From positions 90,676-154,675 of the forward strand of contig MGCQ01000008.1 in the NCBI GenBank assembly GCA_001790445.1: 64,000 nucleotides of DNA, written 5' to 3'. This document shows positions 1-5,834 of this stretch, piece by piece. The translations under genes and the position numbers were made by a program. Position 1 is the first letter of the stretch; every line of letters starts with the position of its first letter. The notes under the pieces are model-generated. The model worked only from the letters and a program-made list of their open reading frames with translations, searched no databases and was not told where the DNA came from. Source of the DNA: Candidatus Saccharibacteria bacterium RIFCSPHIGHO2_12_FULL_41_12 (lineage in GTDB: Bacteria; Patescibacteriota; Saccharimonadia; Saccharimonadales; 2-12-FULL-41-12).

Positions 1-47
1 GCTCTGACCCTCTGAGTAGTACGCAAGCACAGTCAGAACGCCCAATT

Positions 48-398
48 ATGAGTCGAAACGTTGGTAAATCATCATCAAAAACTTCAAAAACTCAATCCCC
101 CAAAGATGACGATAAAAAAACATTGTCAGAGATAGAAGAGCTTATTAAAACTGATGAACCAGGTTTCGCCAAAGAGGATCCATCTCCGCAAACATCGAGC
201 GAGGAAGAGGCAAAAGAAGCTATTGATCGAGCAACATTGGATACACTGCGCCCTGAGCCAGCCCAAGCAACAGGTGCAACCCCAATTGACCTCGATACTC
301 AAGGGATCAAATTTGAAGAAAATGACGCTGGGAGTGCAGATAATGCACCTTCCGTGCCACCACCTCCTGTGCCACCCCCAATGATGCCCCCAGCCTAG
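48..398 (+). CDS. hypothetical low-complexity protein (acidic, Ser/Thr-rich, Pro-rich C-terminus PPPPVPPPMMPPA)
   Basis: 116-aa ORF from the track. No motif recognised. Composition looks disordered. Confidence 0.4.
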   Translation: MSRNVGKSSSKTSKTQSPKDDDKKTLSEIEELIKTDEPGFAKEDPSPQTSSEEEAKEAIDRATLDTLRPEPAQATGATPIDLDTQGIKFEENDAGSADNAPSVPPPPVPPPMMPPA

Positions 399-422
399 AT
401 CCAGACCACAATACCTGACTGC

Positions 423-452
423 CAGCACAGCTGACAGTGCTGTATTGTTCTT
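423..452 (+). terminator. candidate intrinsic terminator
   Basis: Stem CAGCAC (423-428) / GTGCTG (437-442) followed by the T-rich tract TATTGTTCTT. Confidence 0.35.
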
Positions 453-486
453 GGCACAGAACATTATTTTCTTTTGCGATACTCCC

Positions 487-554
487 TTCACTGTACTTCT
501 GTACAGCTCGGTCTGTTTCTCAAAGAGAAATAAAGTTCTGCACTCAAGTCTGAA
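487..554 (+). repeat. intergenic repeat module M1, copy 1
   Basis: TTCACTGTACTTCTGTACAGCTCG...CTGCACTCAAGT. Hand-counted 51/68 ungapped identity to 703-770. The 5' hairpin module recurs at 38229-38252. Confidence 0.6.
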
Positions 555-664
555 CCTAGGTACAACGTAAGCTTAAGGAGGGAAAACCCAGAAAGGTTTT
601 TCGCCTCCTAGTCCGTCCTGGGAAATCAATAGATTTCTCGGTGGATCCTCCCTTTCCAAGGTTC
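552..664 (+). other. structured intergenic segment with an SD-like/anti-SD-like hairpin and a 16S-3'-end-like tail
   Basis: Closing stem GAACCTAGG (552-560) / CCAAGGTTC (656-664). Hairpin 577-608 pairs GGAGG with CCTCC. Hairpin 618-641 (AATA loop) is followed by GGATCCTCCCTTTCC. Confidence 0.35.
571..588 (+). repeat. intergenic repeat module M2 (GCTTAAGGAGGGAAAACC), copy 1
   Basis: Identical 18-mer at 20654-20671. Confidence 0.6.
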
Positions 665-702
665 TTATTTTTAATGAACAAGTAATTAAAAATAAGACAC
701 TA

Positions 703-770
703 TTCACTGTACTCTTGTATGGCTTGTTCCGTTTCTCAACAAGAAATGTTCTTCTGCACTCAAGTGCAAG
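703..770 (+). repeat. intergenic repeat module M1, copy 2
   Basis: TTCACTGTACTCTTGTATGGCTTG...CTGCACTCAAGT. Aligns ungapped with 487-554. Confidence 0.6.
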
Positions 771-838
771 AATTAGCTAACAGCACTAGTCACTCTGTGT
801 AAATTGATCTTGGTGGTGAATTTGTCGTTAATTCGTAC

Positions 839-890
839 TTCTGTAAATATCATTTTCTAAACACGTGTATCAAAAATGATATTTACAGAA
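839..890. repeat. 52-nt palindrome (module M3): 18-bp arms around an ACACGTGT core
   Basis: Arms 839-856 and 873-890 are exact reverse complements. 845-883 matches the reverse complement of 20819-20857 at 37/39. Confidence 0.7.
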
Positions 891-918
891 AGCAGAAGAG
901 AGTCTAAGTTTAATATAT

Positions 919-947
919 TTGACAGGTAATAAAAATTATGCTAATAT
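919..947 (+). promoter_or_regulatory. sigma70-type promoter for the DGR target gene
   Basis: TTGACA (919-924), 17-nt spacer, TGcTAATAT extended -10 (939-947). Lies 39 nt upstream of ATG 986. Confidence 0.5.
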
Positions 948-985
948 CTAATTAATAAATTAATAAAATAAAAAGATATTAGATT

Positions 986-2953
986 ATGTCAAAACCAGAA
1001 AATTTAGCACCAGGGAGCCAATTCCTACACGAGAGAAACCCCAATCTTCACGCTTCGCAAGAAGTAGAAGGCGTGGTGGGCTATTTGCGTGCTGGCGGTG
1101 AGCATACCCCAAACGAGCCAGCAGATAAGATTTCTGTTCATTTAGGCTTTCTTGCTCATAGAGAATACGTCAATGACGGCATACTAACCGGTGACCAATC
1201 GAGTATTGATCGTCAGATTGAAGCCAATGTCATTAAGGCTGAGGACGTACCGGATGGCTACTTTGAACTCCAGCGTCGTATAGCTCGTGAACAAGGACAT
1301 GGTGACGTCACTATCACCCAAGATATGCGCGGGCAAATGACTGAAGCAGTCCAGGCAGATCAGCGGGTAGGACTTGGCAAATGGGTTGAATATCTAGGCG
1401 GCGAAGATGGTGGCTATCCAGACTGGTTTAAGCACTATACCTTTGGCTCTGTTACCAAGCTTGGTGGCTATGACAAGGACAAGAGCGAATTCCTAAAGCG
1501 AAGCAAGGGTACGACTGCAGCCTACCCCGAGCTGAACCGTGAAGCCTTAGCCTATGTTTACGACGTACTCAATAAGTCAAAAGTCCAGGGCGAAAAGGTT
1601 GATGGCGGTGCCAATAACGAACAGCTTCAAAAGCTACTCGGTAATGCCAACTTTGGCAAACTGTACGCTCATGCCGTACTTGACGTTGCCCCGACCTCAC
1701 CTGAGTTACTGAAGGAAACAAAAGGCTCTTGGACTAAATTCAACCAAACTTCAGACCCAAGAACAGCCCGAAGGCTTTCAGGCTCTTTGCAGGGTCACGG
1801 TACTGGTTGGTGTACGGCTGGAGAGTCTACGGCAAATATGCAGTTGCAGGGCGGTGATTTCTACGTCTATTACACTCGTGACGAAGATGGTAAAGATACT
1901 GTTCCCCGGGTAGCTGTCCGTATGCAAGAAGGTACGGTAGCTGAAGTCAGAGGTGTCAACGCAGCTCAAGAACTTGAGCCCGTAATGGCCGACATTACTT
2001 CTGAGAGATTGCAAGATTTGCCAGGTGGCGAGGTGTACATTCGCAAGGCTGAAGACATGAAACTCTTAACTGCTATCGATAAGAAAATAACAGCCGACCC
2101 ATCTGCTGAACTGACTGGTAGTGAGCTACGGTTCTTGTACGAACTGGACCACGATATTCAAGGCTTCGGCTACGAAACAGATCCACGTATCGGTGAAATA
2201 CGGACCAAGCGTGGTGAGCGGGACAAACAAGAACTTGCCCGCGTATTACCCGAAACCATTCGCGATCAGTTAAGAGGTGCGTTTATGGCCTACAGTACTG
2301 TTGCAGAACAGCTAGGTGCTAGAGAAGTATCATCAAACGAGCTTGAGCATCTCTTTGCTCTTAAAGATAAGCAGTGGCAAGAAAACGGCGTCTATGACTA
2401 TTTGGTGGAGCAGTTGATAGAAAACGGCGCCCGTTTCAACTTAGTAGCAACTCCTAACGTGGAAGCCAGCGAACAACAAATTGTTGCACTGGCTGAAGCC
2501 TTTGGCAAAGATCAGCCATACGAAACGTACGTCTATGACGAACTATACCGCAAGGGTCGCTACACAGGTCGTGAATGGTCTGGTAACTCAGGTAATGCAC
2601 CGGTAAGGCTAAGCCTTATTCCTTCCAAAGCAGATGCTGAAATTAGCTCCAAAACCGTAGACGATCAAGTTCGAATGCTGCGAGATCGACAAGCCAAGCA
2701 GCCTGACCTACATGCCCGTGTTCCGAGCCTGTTGGATGCTGTTACCTACTGGTACAGCTTGCGAGCTGGGGGCGACAAGTTAGCCGACAGCAGTGCATTC
2801 GACAAAACCTACATTCGTCACTTTGACCTTGAGCCTAAAACGGTTGGCGGGTGGTCGATTGTTCCGCGCTCCTACGTGGACTGCGATGGCGGGCCGCGCT
2901 TGCACGGCTCGGGTGCTGGCAGTCAGGGCGGTGTTCGCGTGGCGGTGGGGTAA
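986..2953 (+). CDS. DGR target (variable) protein, 655 aa; N-terminal ~610 aa of unknown function
   Basis: Long ORF whose last 37 codons are the VR. The C-terminus ...WSIVPRSYVDCDGGPRLHGSGAGSQGGVRVAVG resembles C-type-lectin-fold VR ends. No N-terminal hydrophobic segment is visible. Confidence 0.85.
   Translation: MSKPENLAPGSQFLHERNPNLHASQEVEGVVGYLRAGGEHTPNEPADKISVHLGFLAHREYVNDGILTGDQSSIDRQIEANVIKAEDVPDGYFELQRRIAREQGHGDVTITQDMRGQMTEAVQADQRVGLGKWVEYLGGEDGGYPDWFKHYTFGSVTKLGGYDKDKSEFLKRSKGTTAAYPELNREALAYVYDVLNKSKVQGEKVDGGANNEQLQKLLGNANFGKLYAHAVLDVAPTSPELLKETKGSWTKFNQTSDPRTARRLSGSLQGHGTGWCTAGESTANMQLQGGDFYVYYTRDEDGKDTVPRVAVRMQEGTVAEVRGVNAAQELEPVMADITSERLQDLPGGEVYIRKAEDMKLLTAIDKKITADPSAELTGSELRFLYELDHDIQGFGYETDPRIGEIRTKRGERDKQELARVLPETIRDQLRGAFMAYSTVAEQLGAREVSSNELEHLFALKDKQWQENGVYDYLVEQLIENGARFNLVATPNVEASEQQIVALAEAFGKDQPYETYVYDELYRKGRYTGREWSGNSGNAPVRLSLIPSKADAEISSKTVDDQVRMLRDRQAKQPDLHARVPSLLDAVTYWYSLRAGGDKLADSSAFDKTYIRHFDLEPKTVGGWSIVPRSYVDCDGGPRLHGSGAGSQGGVRVAVG
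2839..2952 (+). other. DGR variable region (VR)
   Basis: Gap-free alignment to 3252-3365 (offset 413). 23 of 114 positions differ, all opposite TR adenines. The GC-rich 3' end GTTCGCGTGGCGG is a plausible IMH. Confidence 0.9.
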
Positions 2954-2996
2954 AACCTTTAACTTTTCTCCTTCCTTTAATTTTTATTCTTTATTT

Positions 2997-3018
2997 AATA
3001 AACTATATATAGTTTATT
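2997..3018 (+). terminator. perfect 22-nt palindrome downstream of the VR (terminator and/or DGR-associated hairpin)
   Basis: AATAAACTATATATAGTTTATT is self-complementary and is followed by GTTATTTT. It starts 45 nt after the VR end. Confidence 0.4.
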
Positions 3019-3251
3019 GTTATTTTGGGGTAAGTAGTCCAAGGTTATACCCATCGGTGCCCTAAGGTGGATGGTTGTTTGCGTTATGCCTAAAGAGACT
3101 CCTTTAGGGGAGCTGATACTTTTTATGGCAGCAAGCACGTCAAGAACCCTTATACCTCACGAATCTTCGGTAGAAGTGCCAAATGGGTGCTGAAAAAATA
3201 GAGGTTCACTAGTCATGCGTGACTGATGAAACAGGATTCTACTGAAGACTT

Positions 3252-3365
3252 AACGGTTGACAGGTGGTCGATTGTTCCGAACTCCTACGTGAACAACGAT
3301 GGCAAGCCGAACTTGAACAACTCGAATGCTGACAATCAGAACGATGTTCGCGTGGCGGAGAGGTA
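3252..3365 (+). other. DGR template repeat (TR)
   Basis: Contains 33 adenines, 23 of them substituted in the VR. Nine AAC/AAT codons in the target frame. The track ORF 3226-3477 is just its translation. Confidence 0.9.
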
Positions 3366-3381
3366 TAGGGTAATTCGGGAT

Positions 3382-3720
3382 CTATTGCACGCTTTTGAGC
3401 CAGCCACCGGTCATCCGGCGGGCTTCGCTCAAACGTGCTTGGATCTTGAGAACGTTCGTTTCGTTGACAAGCTTTAGCTCTAAAATAGCCCTGAGATGCA
3501 GTGAGGTCATCTCTGCAAGAGAGTTGGCTTTAAGCAGATAGCTTGCTTTCAGGGGTTTGGGCGCATGTTTTGCCAGAAGAAGCTGCTCCGTACAACCAGT
3601 CCAGCTCTTAATAGTCTGTTCACCAAGTGAGTAACGATATTTTCTATCAAGCTTCGTGTTGAGCTCCAGTAATTTTTTGTAAATCTCAAAGGCAATAGTA
3701 ATGACAGATAATTCTTCCAT
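3382..3720 (-). CDS. avd: Avd-like accessory variability determinant (four-helix-bundle family)
   Basis: 112-aa helical basic ORF. Its C-terminal ...EARRMTGGWLKSVQ resembles the Avd tail (Bordetella Avd ...VGRILGSWIARV). Adjacent to the TR and RT. Confidence 0.65.
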   Translation of the reverse strand: MEELSVITIAFEIYKKLLELNTKLDRKYRYSLGEQTIKSWTGCTEQLLLAKHAPKPLKASYLLKANSLAEMTSLHLRAILELKLVNETNVLKIQARLSEARRMTGGWLKSVQ

Positions 3721-4666
3721 AGATATAAGTGTAACAAACGTCTGGTTATCTTATATAGTTTTTAGAAAAGGCAAAAAATCTAGCAGGGCAATTGTTGAAT
3801 TTGAAGGCAAGCTACTGGAAAACATAATTAATTTAGCGATGAGTCTTCAAGCTGGCTCGTATCGTCACGATCCTTATTCACACAAGATCATAAAAGACAA
3901 TAAAAGGCGTGATATAGCGGTTGCGTCTGTTAGAGATAGAGTCATCCACCGTATGCTATACGACTACCTTGTACCAATTTGGGACAAAACTTTCATATAC
4001 GATGCGTGGTCTTGCCGTAAAAACAAAGGGCTTCACGAGGCTATAAAGCGCGCGCAGTTGTTTATGCGTAGATACCCGGATGCCTGGGTATGGCGAACGG
4101 ATATAACAAAGCTCTTTGACTCCGTAGATAAAAACAAGCTGAAGTTACTGCTCAGAAAACGCACAAATGACCCTACAGCACTACTGATACTGGATGAGGT
4201 TATTGACAACTACTGCAGCTATGAGAACTCCAGGGGCATCCCAATCGGTAACCTTACAAGTCAAATACTGGCGAATATCTACTTAAACGAGTTTGACCGG
4301 TTTATGAAGCATAAGTTAAAGCCGTTTGCCTATCTGAGGTACGGCGATGATTGGCTATGTTTTGCTGATAGTCAAAGCAAATTGGTCGAGATGCGTAAAG
4401 AGGCCAAAGTATTTCTTAATACTGAGCTTGGTCTGAGCATTCATCCGACTTTAGATTTGATAAAACCAGTGCGTGCAGGCGTTGCATACTTAGGCGTTGA
4501 TCTTTGGTCGAGTGGAAGAAGAGTGGATAATGCGGCGATGCTTAAGCTTAATGCTAATCTCAATGTTCGTAATGGGTCGAGCTATAAGTCCTTACTCGCC
4601 CATCACCACTCAAAAAAGCATCTTAGGAGGTTTGAGTGGATAGCATTGGAGATTATTAGCAAGTAA
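3701..4666 (+). CDS. DGR reverse transcriptase
   Basis: RT motifs: RDIAVASVRDRVIHRML, IPIGNLTSQILANIYL ([I/L]GxxxSQ, DGR hallmark), YLRYGDDWLCFA (YxDD). Confidence 0.9.
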   Translation: MTDNSSIDISVTNVWLSYIVFRKGKKSSRAIVEFEGKLLENIINLAMSLQAGSYRHDPYSHKIIKDNKRRDIAVASVRDRVIHRMLYDYLVPIWDKTFIYDAWSCRKNKGLHEAIKRAQLFMRRYPDAWVWRTDITKLFDSVDKNKLKLLLRKRTNDPTALLILDEVIDNYCSYENSRGIPIGNLTSQILANIYLNEFDRFMKHKLKPFAYLRYGDDWLCFADSQSKLVEMRKEAKVFLNTELGLSIHPTLDLIKPVRAGVAYLGVDLWSSGRRVDNAAMLKLNANLNVRNGSSYKSLLAHHHSKKHLRRFEWIALEIISK

Positions 4667-4694
4667 GGCATGCAGTATTTGGTATAGTGGGGGT

Positions 4695-5363
4695 ATGTTT
4701 AGCGAAGGGGTTCATTTGATTGATAAGCCGAAGGGGTGGACTTCTTTTGATGTGGTCAATTATATTCGCGGGATCGTAGCAAAAGACCTGGGCAAAAAGC
4801 CCAAGAATGTCAAAGTTGGGCACGCCGGCACGCTTGACCCTCTGGCCACAGGTCTTTTAATAGTGCTGGTCGGCAAAGAATTCACCAAACAGGCATCTCA
4901 ATATTCAAAAATGGACAAAACTTATGAAGTAACTATGAAATTGGGCCAAACATCTGTAACAGGCGACGAGGAGGGAGAGAAGAAAACAGTAAACAGTAGA
5001 CAGCCAACGGTAGAGGAAGTGGAAGAAGCAATTAACAAGTTCGTAGGCGCAATAATGCAGACTCCGCATAGTTTCTCGGCAATCAAAGTCAACGGTCAGA
5101 GAGCATACAAATTGGCTCGAGCGGGTAAAGAAGTCGTTATAGAACCAAGAAAAATTACAGTTTATAGCATACAGCTGACGGATTATAGTTATCCAGAGGT
5201 CAAATTCACCACCAAAGTCAGTAGCGGAACTTACATCCGCTCATTAGTAGAAGATATTGGCAAACAGCTAAAAACTGGTGCCTACATGTCCGGCCTCCGC
5301 CGCACCAAAATAGCAGACTTTTCGGTAGATAAAGCATTTATCTTTGAGAACCTCGTAAAATAG
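4695..5363 (+). CDS. truB: tRNA pseudouridine-55 synthase TruB
   Basis: GHAGTLDPLATGLL catalytic-Asp motif. Conserved truB-rpsO-pnp neighbourhood. Confidence 0.9.
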   Translation: MFSEGVHLIDKPKGWTSFDVVNYIRGIVAKDLGKKPKNVKVGHAGTLDPLATGLLIVLVGKEFTKQASQYSKMDKTYEVTMKLGQTSVTGDEEGEKKTVNSRQPTVEEVEEAINKFVGAIMQTPHSFSAIKVNGQRAYKLARAGKEVVIEPRKITVYSIQLTDYSYPEVKFTTKVSSGTYIRSLVEDIGKQLKTGAYMSGLRRTKIADFSVDKAFIFENLVK

Positions 5364-5406
5364 TAGTTGATTTCCTCTACGCGATCTGTTACAATTGAGC
5401 CTAAGA

Positions 5407-5673
5407 ATGATTACTACGGAGAAAAAGGCAGCTATTGTTGCTGACCACGTTAAAGATAAAAAGAACACAGGTGATCCAGCTGTGCAGGTTGGTATTTTGT
5501 CTGCACGAATTGCAGAAATTACTGAACACCTCAAAGTTAACAAGAAAGATTTTATGGCTCGACGTGGACTACTCCAGATGGTAGGCAAAAGAAAACGACT
5601 TCTAAAATATATTGCAGAAAAAGACAGTCAGAAATATCTTGATTTGATTAAAAAACTGGGAATTCGTCGCTAG
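5407..5673 (+). CDS. rpsO: 30S ribosomal protein S15
   Basis: S15-like sequence (LSARIAEITEHLKVNKKDFMARRGLLQMVGKRKRLLKY). ATG 5407 preferred over the track TTG at 5395. Confidence 0.9.
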   Translation: MITTEKKAAIVADHVKDKKNTGDPAVQVGILSARIAEITEHLKVNKKDFMARRGLLQMVGKRKRLLKYIAEKDSQKYLDLIKKLGIRR

Positions 5674-5834
5674 ATCCTAGATTTTTGTGTGTAAATTTTA
5701 TGCCCAAGAACCTAGAACCTAAAATTCTAGAATTAGAATACGTATTTAATAACTTTAAAGAGGGTGGTAGTTTGTACAAGATCCTAAATAGGGAGCTTGG
5801 AAAGTATCACTCTCACAGATAAGAAAGAGGAAAA

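Larger units (their letters stand above)
986..4666 (+). mobile_element. diversity-generating retroelement (DGR) cassette: target gene with VR, TR, Avd-like gene, RT
   Basis: VR/TR pair with differences only at adenines, plus an RT with IGNLTSQ and YGDD motifs and a four-helix-bundle Avd-like ORF. Confidence 0.9.

Noticed and set aside
126-491. Numerous 60-155-aa ORFs antisense to, or out of frame with, strong genes (for example 126-491, 5268-5588, 6176-6493, 28193-28546, 29285-29752, 27495-27836, 53608-53889).
   Set aside because: They are fully embedded in well-supported CDS on the other strand or frame. They have biased, low-complexity translations and no RBS.
3226-3477. 83-aa plus-strand ORF resembling the C-terminus of the 655-aa protein.
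   Set aside because: It is simply the DGR template repeat read in frame (TVDRWSIVPNSYVNNDG...). It has no RBS or independent support. It is treated as the TR, not as a gene or paralogue.
5700-5745. Similarity between the rpsO-pnp spacer (GCCCAAGAACCTAGAACCTAAAATTCTAGAATTAGAA) and the reverse complement of the ssb-rpsR spacer (16961-17020).
   Set aside because: The match needs several gaps and consists of low-complexity CTAGAA/AATTC words. I cannot distinguish it from chance in AT-rich spacers without statistics.
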